A stretch of 62,965 nucleotides of DNA, the filler included. It is 8 parts of 8 records of this genome, joined end to end, with 100 filler letters (N's around TTAATTAATTAA, not from the genome) between each part and the next. Parts side by side here need not be neighbours in the genome. Positions count along the whole stretch, not along the records: positions 1 to 12,714 come from SRR7504441_1408; positions 12,815 to 17,370 come from SRR7504441_1412; 6 more parts are not named here. The stretch is one strand, 5' to 3'. Below, one piece after another: positions 1-13,078 of the stretch (positions are counted from its first letter, which is position 1; each line of letters begins with the position of its first letter). The notes under the pieces were generated by a model, which was not told the DNA's origin, made no database searches, and saw only the letters and a list, made by a program, of their open reading frames with translations. A program made the position numbers and the translations under genes.

Positions 1-7
1 CCCCCCC

Positions 8-64
8 CCGAGGCACGCCACAGACGAATGCCGAGGCACGCCGGGCAGCAGACGAATGCCGAGG
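8..64. repeat. Short imperfect tandem repeat (CCGAGGCACGCC...CAGACGAATG, ~2.3 copies) at the contig start
   Basis: CCGAGGCACGCC at 8-19 and 31-42; CAGACGAATGCCGAGG twice. Confidence 0.6.
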
Positions 65-316
65 GCGGAGACTTCACTTGAACGAGAGACTTTTGCCCAG
101 TGCATCGAGTGCGTCGCGATTTTGGTGTATGTGCGCAAAAATCGTGTGAAGATGTTGGTTCATCTAAGACAACTAGGCGCTATTCCATGGGTCTATACTA
201 GTTTGATTTACTCGACGACTCGAGTACATCATGTTTCGTTTGTAATTGTCGGTCGGTTTCTTTTGTCGTATAATTGTGCACAACCGCTGGTTTGCTAGAA
301 GAGCAAACACATGAAA

Positions 317-1054
317 TCACTCGGCCTTGGCGTGCGGCTTGGCATCGAGAGGGTCGTTCGGGTTCCAGAGCGGCTCGAGCGTGTAGACTATGCTGAAGAA
401 CAGGCAGTAGGTGCACCACTTGGACCCGAGCTCGATTGTGCCCTCGGTGATCGCCAGCGTGCTGATAACACTCCCGAGCACCAGATTGTGCACCAGCGCC
501 ACCCGGAACGGACAGACCAGCCAGAAGACCACGGCCACCAGCCCGCTGTGCATCAGCGCCCCGACCTGGATCAGGAGCCACGGCCAGTCGGTGAAGTCGC
601 CCCCCCAGTGAAGCGTGTCGTGAGCCACCGGGAACCGGCTCGCGGTGAGGCAGGTGCACCCGAACGCGAAGGACATGACCCCGATCGGGACCAGGTGCCA
701 TCCGATCAGCCGGGCCCGCTGGCCGGGCTTATTCATGTACGGGCTCGGGTAAGTGCACTGGGCAGCGTGCTGGCTGAGCACCACCAGCGGGAGTACGAAC
801 TTTGTGATCAGAAAGTTGGCCCGCTGAGCCTCCGGGATCTGCCAGTACTGGAGCTGGTGGGCCTTGCAGGCTTGGAGAGGCTCGTCCTCGTGCAAGCTCC
901 ATAGCGCAATGTCCACCAGCTGGGAGAAGGTGAAGGTGACCAGGTAACGAGCGTACCACGCGTCACGCGGGCTGTGCCGCCGCTGCCAGAGGTACAGGCA
1001 GGCCACCCAGCCCACCACGGCGCTGGCCGCAGATACTTGGATAGACCAACACAT
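317..1054 (-). CDS. Intronless multi-pass membrane protein, DUF5765-like (MCWS...GSxWC)
   Basis: Probable start MCWSIQVSAASAVVGW at 1054; about six hydrophobic segments; C-terminal GSKWCTY motif. Family call from motif memory. Confidence 0.6.
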   Translation of the reverse strand: MCWSIQVSAASAVVGWVACLYLWQRRHSPRDAWYARYLVTFTFSQLVDIALWSLHEDEPLQACKAHQLQYWQIPEAQRANFLITKFVLPLVVLSQHAAQCTYPSPYMNKPGQRARLIGWHLVPIGVMSFAFGCTCLTASRFPVAHDTLHWGGDFTDWPWLLIQVGALMHSGLVAVVFWLVCPFRVALVHNLVLGSVISTLAITEGTIELGSKWCTYCLFFSIVYTLEPLWNPNDPLDAKPHAKAE

Positions 1055-1191
1055 GCATGCTTCTTGATGCCGACGGGCAGATTTCAACGGACATTGTGCC
1101 CGGCTCTTCAAGTGGCCGAGCCCGATGCGCACTAGCAGGGGAATGCTCCGAGCCCGGGGCGGCGGTCTGCCCCGGTTGGCAGTCACGTAGC

Positions 1192-4100
1192 ATGTCGTTG
1201 TTCGACGAGATCAAGGGCTGGTTCGGCAGCGACTCGGACGACGACTCTTGCCCGCACGAGCCGACCTCGGCCCGATGGCGGTGCAGCCAGCCCCGGCCCG
1301 CCTGACCCGCCGGCAGCGACGACCCAGACGCAGAGATGCTCCGGACACTCTGGGCCGAGCACCAGCAGCTGAGCAGCGCCAGCGGCTCGGTGCACCCGGC
1401 GGTGCTGGCCGAGGTGTGCTTGCCAGCCGGTCCCGCGAGCCGCGGCGGGGCAGGAGCTTCATGTTAAGACCACAGAGATGCTGGCCTATCTGGCCTCCAT
1501 CTTGGCCAGCTGCCAGGCCGACCGCGCCGAGCTCGGCTCTTTGATGCGCGACCCGTCGGAGCTGGTCGGCGTGCTCGCCCGCCGGCTGGTGCGCGATTGC
1601 CAGCAGGTGCGCCTCGGCCGGCCTGGCAGCGACCGGGCGGGCAGAACGGCCTGGAGCAGTCGGAGGGGTTCGCAACGGCCAGTCAGGACGTGCTGGCGGT
1701 GCTCCAGTCGGTTGGGTCTGGCCGGTACGGACTGGAGCTGTTGACGACAATCGGTTAACCCGCCGTCTGGAGCCTGCCGCGCTTACCCTGTGCACAGATG
1801 CGCTGCTCGAGACTGCTCAGAGCGCGCTGGCCGCCACCAAGGCCGGGCTGCCGTCCACGTTGCTCCGGGTGACCAGGCTGCTGATGCACCTTCCGGATGG
1901 GGCCGACTCTGGAGAGACGGAGCGGCAGGCACCCAACCACCGCCAGGCGGGGCTCAGTGCGCAGTTAGGTGATCTCGCTAGTCGTACGACTGTGCTGTCG
2001 GAAGGCGGCGGTAGAGGAGATCAGCGTGAGCGGGACGATCAAGGAGCTGTGCGAGGCTGTGGTCAGTCCGGGCTCTGGCAGCCCGCAGGCGCAGGCAAAC
2101 CTTGGCTTGAAGCCCAGCGTTGACCAGAGTGGCAGGCGCGGCAGGGGCGGGTGCTCGAGCTGCTGGACTCAGTTCTGGCCGGGGCCAAGTCAGGAATACT
2201 GGTAAAGAGCATGGTGGAGACTAACTGCATCGGTTACATAGTCGACCAGCTCCATGGGGAGCTTGAGAAGCCCACAGCTGACAGGCAGATGACTGCAGGG
2301 TTGGTGACGCAGCTGACCAAGACGATGCGCGCGATGCTCGAGCTGTCGTGCCAGACCAGCCAGGAAATGCTCAAACAGTTTGTGCAGCACCACGGGTATC
2401 ATGAGATGGCTAATATCACCAAACAGCAGTTCATCCAAGACAACCAGGCGGATGGGACTGCTGCGCTCGAGCAGCTGCAAGCACTCGTATTCATCAACAC
2501 CACGTTCTACACTCCTGCCGAGGATAACATGGCTGATCTGACCAAAGATCAAGTCAACCAGTTGCAGTCCTCTGGCGGCGACAAGCAGGTGCGCTGCTTT
2601 GCTGCATTCGAGGCTATGCAAGACTTATGCTCGCACTCCGACTGCCCAGAGAGCTTGATTGGTCACATAATGCAAGCAATCGTGGATGTATACAGCGCTC
2701 ACCCTCTCAATTTCTTTGTGCTGCGCAGTTTGCACGTTTTTGAGTCCCAACTCCGGATTCTGCCTTCGTTGCCTCCAGATCTTCAGCGCTTGGTGCTCAA
2801 AACTTTCGAGTTTGTCGCAACCGTGCTGTCGCTGGTCCCGACCCGCGAGCTTGCCGAGATGAATAAGTTCTTGACGAAATCACATATTAGTGGTGCAACT
2901 GTCGAGATTATTTTCGAGACCGTCCTCAAGCTTGTCAACTTTGATGTGAGGTTCAAGTCCGCGATGCGGCAATCTGGCTTGCTCTCAACTATAATTCAGC
3001 ACATTTATTGGTTTTCCACGTCGACAGCGCCAGGGTGGATTGAAGAGAACTTTGGCAGCATATCAACTCAGCCTCCCGAGATCACTTTTGTCCAGATGGA
3101 GCAAGTACAACTGGTTCTAGATGCACTCGAGACTCTTGTCCAAGGGTCGCCGGAGAACGCACTTAGCATCAAGGAGTTTGGGCCACCCAAGTTCTTTTCG
3201 AGACTGATTGTGAACCCCAAGACGCGGGCGGGTGGATTCCGATTGCTGCAGTCAGTTGTACTCAGCGACCTACGATTCGGGGCTGCTGTGGAGATGGCCC
3301 TCTTGATGAAACTCGCTCGAGTCGTCCCCCCGCCAGAGGCAGACTGTACCCCTGACATATTGCGGCTGCCCACGGATGTCCTCGGGTGTGTGCAGAAGCT
3401 GTGTCACATGGGAGCGTTGCTTCAGCACTCGTTTGGGGAGGTAGATGGGATGTGCTACCTTGTGGAGCTTCTAGAAGAGACCGCGCGTTGCTGCATGCTC
3501 CTCATAGATGCCTCTCAATCCAACAAGGAATACTGGCTGGGAAAGTTTGAAGCAGTGATTGCAACCATTATTTCGGCAACACACCGTCACATCGAGAACA
3601 GGGATGCGCTATTAGACGCAGGGTTCTGCGACAAGCTGGTGACAATACTGTTGCAGACAGGTCTGATTGAGCAAGCCACACTGAAGCGAGTGTTGAGCTC
3701 ACTGGTTGATGTTGCAACTGGGCGGTCACTCCACTCTGATGTTCCGGACCTCTTAACAGGTGATTTAGCTGTATTCGAGCTACCTGTGGTGATGCCACAA
3801 ATGACTGTGGTTATGTTCAAGTTGGAGCCAGAATTATCGCCAGAAGATTGGTCCTACGTACTCAGCCTCGTCCATACCATGGCATGCCGATATCAAATCA
3901 ACTGTGAAGGGCTGTGCTCAAGTGGACTTATTTCGCACATCTTGCTCAACCATGCCAGCACCCTAACTGACACAGCTGATCCGAATCATCAGACAATGCT
4001 ATCCTTACTATGTCAGCTTGGGGCATTCAGGCTCCTGCCAGGAGAAATGCGGCAGCTACTCCGACTGACCCGTCAGCCAGCAACTGTGGTGCCAGCAAAC

Positions 4101-7100
4101 ATCCGAAATGGAAATGGCAGGCGGTCTCCGCCGGCCATCAAGACTTCTTCGTCACTTTCCTCATTACAACTGGCCGACGAGGCTAGTGCTGTCTCGGCTC
4201 CGTTGGTCTCTGCTCTGAATAAGATGGCGCAGATGCAATCAGTTCCTGCGTGTGAGATCAATCTACGTGGCCATAGTCATGCTGGTCTTGCCATCAGTGC
4301 CCTCTCTGCACTCCCAAATTTACTACTAACAGACTATAGTTTTTCTATTTGGCTCAGCTGCGATGATTATGGCGCCTACCTACCTCTGTATACACTGACT
4401 AGTCCAAACGGGAACATGGCGTCGGCATGTATCCGCGAAGGGAAGTTGCAATTTAGCTCATCCATGCAGTCTCAGCAGCATCTGAGTGCATCGGTGCCCT
4501 TTGACTTCGAGCCTAGCCGCTGGTATCACATTGTTGTCGTTGTGAAGAAGAACTTGTTTCTATCTGCCAGCTCGGTCAGCGCCTACATCAATGGTTTCAA
4601 GCATTTCTCTGAAAAGCACGAGTCGCCAAGTCTAGATGGCAGCACGTCACTTTTCATTGGTTCCAATGGGGAGACTTGTCCAGGATGTGCTCTGAGTTGG
4701 CGCGTGGGCCCAGTGCAGGTCATTTCTCGCAGTCTAAATGCCGACTCGGTTGTTCAGCTTTATCTGAAGGGCCCAGCCTACTGTGCGACCGTATCCTCCC
4801 AAAATTCAAGATCAGACACTTTTTTGAAATCTCCTGCAGGCTCGACGATAACCCCAGAGTTATTGAGTTCCATCTCCTTGCAAGCCCTACGATCTATTGA
4901 TGCAGGATACACGTCCAAGGAAACCAAGAATCCTCCGCAGCTTGTGAGCTCGCAGCTAGACATGGTGCTATCATTCCATCCGCAGACTGTCAGGGTGCAC
5001 ATGGGCATTGATCACCTGGCGGCAACTAGATCGAAGATCCCTGCCACCGAGCAGTCCCTAATGGTCCTGCCAAACTCAGCTCTCATCGGGGAGTTTGCTC
5101 AGAATTCGGATCTTAGTACAATCACCACAGCGACGGCTGCATGGTGCGTTGGCGATGTTGCAGTCCTGCAGCCGGTGCCTATGGCCATCGCGGTTCGCAG
5201 TGTGGGAGGTGTGAACCTATGCCTATCGTTGGCGACCCTTGCGAACACTTCTAGCCTGTTGGCCGAATCTATCCAATTTCTCGGCTCGGTTCTGAATGGG
5301 AATCTGAAAAATCTACACGAGATGGCGCGGGTCCATGGTTATAGAGTCTTGAACCTTGTACTCTCAATGAAACACGCACTGGTCACTTTCGATGTTCTTG
5401 ATGCAGTATGCGAGATTGTCACTGCCTCTAGTCCACAACATGCGTCAAGGGGTGATTTTCCAAGTGCCGAGCCAAGAGGACAGGATCAGGAAGGGTCGTC
5501 TGCAAATTGCTCGGCCCCGCTCCTGGTCAATTCCCTTGCACTGTCTTACATCATGCTGGACTTCACTCTTTGGTCTCGGAGTTCTCGAGCCGCAGCCCAA
5601 GAGCTCTTTGACCGAATTAAACTAATGATCATCGATTCACAAGTGTGCGACTTCAATCTGCACATGCTGCGTCGGTCAAGGCTAGTTCCTCAGGTAATTG
5701 ATTTCATCCGACGACTGTGCGTCTTCCATGAGAACGATCAGCACAAGCAAGACCTTGTGAAGGTTATTGGCTCGGCCGTCGGAGTGGTTTCTTTGATGCT
5801 CACAACATCGGTTGACAAGGGCGAACTTTTAACTGTGGCTGGGTTTCTGCTATACACTGTTCATCAGGCCCGGGTCGGTGGCATTAGCCGAGCAAATGCA
5901 GGGCCCAAGCGACATTCCAGGACCAGCAGCATCCCACGGTTCCCGTTTAGTTCCCCACCGACCAAGGGCAGCTGCATCCGCTCGGGCCATGTGCGCAAGT
6001 TGAATGTTCAAAGTCAGGCCCTCGATAAGCAAAGGCTGATTGAGGCGAGGCATGAAATTCTCAGCACACTGATAGCAATTGCACGTAAGATCTCCAAAGC
6101 GATGAGCGTCAACCCCAAGCTGTCGTCCAAAGCAAAAAAGAACATGATGGAGGCAATATGTTCTGTTATCTCTCCTGAGTTCCTACTGCAGATGCTCGAA
6201 GGACTGGTTTGTACCGTGACAGCCGAGCTACTTGTCCGGTTGATGACGCAGTTAATGCTTCTTTCGCCAGAATGGCTTCAGCGCTTTAGAACTGGTCGCT
6301 TCTTTCGGGACTTCCACAATATCATTGTTACGCATCACTTTTGCTCAGGAGATATCTATGGGGTGCTGCTTCATCTCATGGCGGGAATCTCTCCCATCGA
6401 GGAACAATACTCAATAGGAAAACCACTGGTTCCGACCATAGGGAAAGTTTACTGCCCTGAGTTGATTCCTCTCCTTCTTGACATGGTACAACGCTGCAGC
6501 ACCCGAGCACTCGGGACAATCCCGGACGAGATTAATTCCTCGGGTGTGCTTCCGAAGTCGAAATCGTCAAACCGTTTGTCTGATAATGCAGACGGTGCGC
6601 TGGAACGCTCATTTGCATTCCACCCGTCGTCGAGCAAAGCAACTGAACTGCAGCTCCCATTGATGGAGGCAAGGACGTCGTATGAGGGACACATCGAATT
6701 TGCCAATTGGGCTTTATTGAACCTGTCGGCCTGGATGGATTCATCTTCACAACTCCGAGCAGAGTTCAGGACTAATCTGCTCATCAACCACATGAGTCAG
6801 CTTCTCTTCGCTTTTGCCTCCGAAATCCCCAGAGACGCGCAAGCCGACGGGCAAGACCGTGGAGTCGACAGCTTTGAGCTCAGGACGATTGAATTGATGA
6901 AGCAAGGTGGCATCGCTGATCATTTCACTACGACTACTGCTCGTCAGGTCCTAGAAATGATTCACAACATAGCCATGACTAGCATACTGGAGCAAAGCAA
7001 TTGGTCCAAGCAGCTTGATCAGCTGCTGCTTTCACCGCCCCCTGCAACTCCATCACACCACATTAGCTTCCACACCAAGTTTTTCTGCAGACTGTTGTTT

Positions 7101-10100
7101 CATGTCACTGAGCCGGAGGAGCTTCCACCACAGACGCCCGGGTCGCAAGCCAGCGTAGAGCAGAATCTCATGGCTTTAGCCATCCAGTTGGCCCACATGA
7201 ATCATCTTGGCCAAGTACCGCTTTCAGAGCACGTCCTTATGTTTCTGCTCGCACTGTTAAACAAGTTTAGACCCGGATCGACCTGTATGACCAAGGCTGT
7301 AGGCGCAGCATGGCGCTGTGCCCTAGCGATTCTTTCGGATTCGGACGAGACTAGCTCGTTTGTTGATACATTGACGCAGCTGGACAAATTTCGGGACTTG
7401 ATTTACGATAGCCAATATTTCGAGGACAAGAAGCATGTGGTTGCCATGTGCCACCTTGTTGGAGAAAAGCTCATGCACGACGATAAAGATCTTCGTATCA
7501 CAGCATGTACGGCTTTTGCGTCTCTTATGAGCTGCAAGGTTGTGCGGGAGAATGTCCTTTCGTGGCAAGATCCCGAGAGCGGGGAGATACACGACTTGTA
7601 CACCAACGGGTTTGAGCTCCTCCTATCAGACACCAATGCTTTCTCTTCGTGGCTTTTTGACTCGTATGAGCGGGTGTGCAGGGTTCTCAGTCAGTCAGCA
7701 GAGGTGTCTTGGCATCATTTAAATGCCACCAGAGCACACAATCGAGGAGAAGCCCGCCGACGGATCCAACAGCAGCGCCAGGATATACAAGCCGCGTTCA
7801 CCGAGAAAGAGATGGAGCACGCTATCTCAGTAAAGGGCCGAGAAGCAGGTCGTCGCGAATGGGCTGAAATTTTGGTGGAGACGCACGAGAACGAGTGGCG
7901 CCGCCGTCAGCAGGATCGATTAAATGCAGAAGCACTTGCCGCTGCCAGGATCGGGGTGGTTCTGGAAGAGATCTTTCGGGAACGAGGCGTCTGGGGGGCT
8001 GAGAGTGAGGAAGAGGGTGTTCGGTGGAAGCTTGATTCAGTGGAAGGACCAGGTCGTACTAGAGTCCGGTTGGAAAGATGTGGCACCGCAGGCGCCGCGC
8101 AATTGCTCGAGAGGAAGGACCAATCGAGCCCACTGTACAATATGAATGCAGCGGATGGTGGCGAGTGCTCTGAGTCCGACGTGGATGTGGATGCGTCGCC
8201 ACAATCAGAGATTACCTCAGAATCATTGGATGAGCCACTGGGAGCAGCAGCTCCGGCTGAATGCGAGAACGGGGAGGACAACGACTTGACACACGATGCA
8301 CTGGACCCGAACGAAGGCGAGGAGACCGTATTGAGCGAGCTGTTGGGCCACGATACCATAGATCATCGATATGAATGTGAACGCGTGGCAGGGATCAATT
8401 GCACCGAGGCGCTCTTCCTGCTTTGCGCTCGAGGGGCTTACTTAGTGGACACAGGAAGGCATACTGCAGCTAACGGCCCGTCCACTCGTGAATTTGAGGA
8501 CGAACTCGTGACACCATCGAGCACATCTTCTTCCATTTCCAACTGCGTCCAGCAAGCTGCCCGTGGAATCGCTGATCCAAGGGACGCGGTGGTCCCATAC
8601 GATGTATGGGAGTGGCGATACCCTAAAATCCAACAGGTTCATAAACGCTTTTATAATCTGCAACCGGTAGCACTTGAGCTATTTGATATGGATGGTACCA
8701 ATCAGCTGATCACATTTGCCAGCGTTTCAATACGCGATCGAGTCTATACAAGACTTCGTGGGCTGGTTACCTGGCCAGACACTTCGCAGACGATGCATTC
8801 AACTACTGAGTGTGGCCTCGCACTGCTGCAGGATGCCAGGACTACGTGGTGCGAGCGTCTCAGTTTGGCGTGGCGAGAGCGCCGGCTCTCTAATTTCGAG
8901 TACATAATGCTGCTCAACACGCTTGCTGGGCGGACTTATAATGACTTGACCCAATACCCGATCTTTCCTTGGATCCTGGCCGAATACAGCACGCCGGAGC
9001 TCGACTTGCAGAATCCGAGCTCATTCCGGGACCTCAGCAGGCCGATGGGAGCTCAGGGAGAGGCCAGAGCCAAGATGTTTCAGCAACGATACGACGACTG
9101 GTTCGATCCAGAGGTGCCCAAGTTTCACTATGGCACTCATTATAGTTCACCCGGCATTGTGCTGTCCTACCTGCTCCGGTTATCACCGTTCACAGAGCAG
9201 TATTTGCAGCTACAAGGGGGAAGATTTGATATCCCTGATCGGCTTTTCTACTCGATTGAGGACTCGTGGGGCACCGCATCGCGAGATTCAATGGCTGATG
9301 TCAAGGAACTCACACCGGAATTTTTCTACTTGCCTGAGATGTTTGTGAACGCTGACTGTCTCAACATGGGCGAGAAGAATTCCACGGGCGAGGAGATCTC
9401 ACACGTCGAGTTGCCTGCATGGGCTAATGGAGATCCTTGGGAGTTTGTGAGGATGCACCGTGAGGCGCTCGAGTGTGAGTATGTGTCTGCCCATTTACAT
9501 GAGTGGATTGATCTTATCTTTGGGTACAAGCAGCAGGGACAAGCTGCCATTGATGCTCAGAATGTGTTCTTTTATCTCACATACACCGACGCAGTGGCGA
9601 TCGACAAAATATCTGATACTATTAGAAGAAACGCGACGATCTCGCAGATCAATAACTTTGGGCAGACGCCACAACAGCTTTTCAGTGCACCGCATCTAAA
9701 AAGAAGCCCAGGGCCATCTGTACGCCCGGGGCTGGGGGGGATGCTTAGTGCACACAATGTGCCAAGGCTACATGGTAACCGGCTTCTTCAGTGTTCTGGT
9801 CCGGTTGGGTTCATGGATTATGGCGGCGAGAAGAGGGACAAGCTGTGCACTTTGGGGATAAACTGCCGGCTGCTATTCCCTGAGCATTATGCCCAGTATG
9901 GCGACCCAGCTGGCTCGCTCCGGATTTTCCACATTCAGGGTCAATTGGCTGCAGTGCATGAAGGATTGCATGATGGCGGGGTTGTGGCGGCGGGGTGAGC
10001 TGGTTAAGCGATTCCGTTTGATCTAACCTGTGTGGTGTGTTGCAGCGTGGCAGCTGGCGGTTGGAATGCGAACTTTGCCATTGTGGTTACTGGTGGAATG

Positions 10101-10923
10101 GATGGGCTCGTGGGAGTGTGGCGAATACCCAAGCCGGTCCCGATTGCCAAAGCTCAACTGATGCGTCAGCTGGATGGGCATGGCTGTGCCATCACGTTTG
10201 TTGCAGCTTCACACATGTATGGGCTGGCTGTGAGTGGCGACTGCCAAGGGGGGTCGATAGTCTGGGACCTGAACAGACTGTTGTTCGTGAGGCAGCTCAC
10301 AAAGCATAAGCATTCAGTGGTAGCAATAATTATCGGGGACAAGAATGGCACTATCGCCACGTGCTGTTCAGCTGAGGTGCGGGTGCATTCGGTGAATGGC
10401 GCGTTGCTTCAAATGGTACAGGTGCATTAATAGCCGCAAGCCGCTTGGCCTAACTTAGGTCCGGTTCTGGCAGACTGAGCCAGATGATCCGATCACTGCA
10501 CTGGCTCTAATGTCCCGCAGCTATGGGGGCAACATGGTGTTCACTGGGCACCAACAGGGGCGTATCTCGTGCTGGGGTGATAGGGATTCGTTAGCTAGGC
10601 GCAATAAGCTTGCTAGTCAAGGAGTCCATCTCGATGATGCAGAGCAGTCTCCGCCAGAGCCTGTTGAAAAAGTGATTGAGAATGGAACTGATCATGATGA
10701 CACTTCTTTCCTCACGGGAAAGCCGAGGGGGAAGAAGCCGTATCAAGTACCCACAGAACCCACTCCGGAGTGCCGCAAGCTGGGACTGTGCCTAACTCTC
10801 GAAGGCCATCATCATGAAATCTCATGGATTCACGTTTGCACTGACCACACTAAGGTCCTAAGTAGCGACTTGAAAGGGAACATACTGCAATGGTCACTAG
10901 AAGATCAAGCCGCTCGCAGTTGA
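1192..10923 (+). CDS. BEACH-domain protein (ARM-like, ConA-like, PH, BEACH, WD40), LvsA/WDFY-like; ~8 introns
   Basis: BEACH motifs LSNFEYIMLLNTLAGRTYNDLTQYPIFPW, HYGTHYSS, ELTPEFFY, FGQTPQQLF; WD40 exons 10046-10421 and 10474-10923. About six mini-introns in 1281-2135 join ATG 1192 in frame to the 2136-9994 exon. Confidence 0.93.
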
Positions 10924-11123
10924 CACGAAGCTCGACCATTAAATAATCGATTACAAGTATCGCTACGTATTTGTTGTGTTTTATTGTAAGTCACTAGATC
11001 TGAGTCTGAAACCAATACTGAAACCAATCCTTTGAGATTGATTTTTTGTCACGTTCAATCAAGGAACCAGCAGAAACGCTCTGCCATCTTCAGCCACACC
11101 AAGGATACTTAGCTCGGGACAGA

Positions 11124-11696
11124 TTAGCACAGGTTGAGTCTGAAGAAATGGTTGTGAATGTACCAGGACGACCCAGACTGCTGTAGCACGAAGGTCTCGC
11201 AAAAGGGCATCGGGTTGCCATTGTCCACCTGCCCGCGTCTTGGCACCCGGCAGCAGCGGGGCGGGCGCCTGGAGCTGCCCCGTAACTAAAACCATGATCC
11301 CCTGGGACGCGGTGACTTGCACGTCCAGTCGCGCCGACTGAAGGTCGTGCTTGCATTGCTGGAACGTGAGGTTCTGCGACGGATGCTCGGCCGGGCCCCG
11401 GGCCGGCCCGAACCGTCAGCTTCTGGATGATGGCCTGCTGGCCCTTGTGGGTGTCCCCCTCAAACGTCAGCGTCGAGTCGTTGGTCTGCCCTTGATCGCC
11501 CGCCGGCCCCGGCCGGGCGCACTCACATACAGCGACACCAGCTGCGACCTGTCGCCGCTATCGAATAGCTGGTAATAGTGCGGCAGGAATTGCTGGGCAA
11601 TCGGGGTGGCCTGCGCACTGCGCCCCGACCGGCTCAACGAGCCGAGCCTCGGCCGACTCACATGGCTGGGTCTGGTGTTGCTGCGGGTGCTGCCAT
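11124..11696 (-). CDS. NTF2: Nuclear transport factor 2, four introns
   Basis: Spliced product IAQQFLPHYYQLFDSGDRSQLVSLY|TNDSTLTFEG...IIQKLT|NLTFQQCKH...VLVTGQLQ|VDNGNPMPFCETFVL...WYIHNHFFRLNLC*; last intron 11229-11268 is GC-AG. Confidence 0.92.
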
Positions 11697-11949
11697 CTTC
11701 GTCCTGCCCCCCTCCGGCTCGCCCCCCGGTCTGAGCAGGGGAAGCTGGCTAAGAAGGCGGCGGGGGAGGCTAGAGATGTTAGGAAGCAGCAAGAGGCAGC
11801 ACGAGAGGAGCCAACGAGGGGCAGGACGCAAGCGCGAGGGAGCATTGCCTTGCTCGGGTCGGTGCTCTCGAAACACTCAAAGCCGGGGCTCGATTTTCTT
11901 GATTATTGGATTTCCAAAGCCGTTGCGGCAAGGAGCTGCACAGCAGTGC

Positions 11950-12714
11950 ATGCAGTCGCCGTCTCCCACGCGGCTGCGGCCGCCGGAGCTGCCGGTGCGC
12001 AGCTCGCCGGAGCACGGGCAATGGTGCGACCACCGCTCGCCCGAGAAGGTGCTCCACGGCCACCGCAAGCACGCCGACAAGCACTCCACCGCCCTCGGGT
12101 GCGCCCACCACCCTGCCCCGCCCCTTACCCACCGGCAGCGTGCCCAACTTGGCCTGGGACGCCAGCCGGTACCGCGCCCGTAGCCCGACGCACCGGCCAC
12201 ACCAGGCCCACGTCCGCCGGGACGCCAGCGCAACGTCACCACCGGACCAACCCTCGTCCCCGCCCCCGAAGCCGAGTCCCTGCCGAGGGATGTCGGTGCA
12301 TGCAGCCATGCGCGACTTTGCGGACAGCGGGCTGCACCCGAGCCAGTTTCACAGCGTTCCAAAGCCGAGGCGGCCGGCCGCGCCGTTGTCGCCGGCGGAC
12401 GAGCACAGGTTGAGGCTGCACCAGCACATCGACAAGGCGGCCCAGCGCGAGACGGCTCTGGCCGAGCAGCGGGGGGAGAACGCCCGTCATCACTACAACT
12501 CAACGATGGATGGGTGCGAGCGCAGGCTGGAGGATGCCAAGGATGGGAGCAGTGGGATGATCAGGCACTTCAGCGGGATGGAGCACCCACATATCGTGCT
12601 GGAGGATAGTAGTGATGGCGGCAGATCCGCCACCGTTGCACCGCCAGAGACGTCACATCGGATCGGCGACGGGAAGGTTAGAGTAGGGACCAGCGGCAGC
12701 AGCACTGGGGCAGA
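11950..12714 (+). CDS. Hypothetical Pro/Ser-rich protein, 3' truncated by the contig end
   Basis: ATG 11950 and one typical mini-intron (~12099-12138) join two open frames; no recognisable domain. Confidence 0.5.
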
Positions 12715-12814
12715 NNNNNNNNNNNNNNNNNNNNNNNNNNNNNNNNNNNNNNNNNNNNTTAATTAATTAANNNNNNNNNNNNNNNNNNNNNNNNNNNNNN
12801 NNNNNNNNNNNNNN
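12715..12814. other. Artificial contig linker (N44-TTAATTAATTAA-N44)
   Basis: Six-frame stop linker flanked by Ns; identical at seven places. Confidence 0.98.
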
Positions 12815-13078
12815 CTTCGTCGAGAGATGATTTTATTGTCGTTACCAAATACCAACTGACTTTTATTGGATTATTAAATTATTCTCATGTTAAAATATTT
12901 TCACATGAGCTCTCGAGTACGAGTCTTGATGTCTTGTAAACAGTGATGTAACATTACCTTTTTTAAGTACCACTGTAGTCTACCAGGTACCGGACTACTG
13001 CGTAGCTACCGTAGAGTCTCGAGAGTCTCGTTGGAGAACGTTGCTCTCGAGACAAGCTAACGGTGCCTCGATGGCCTG

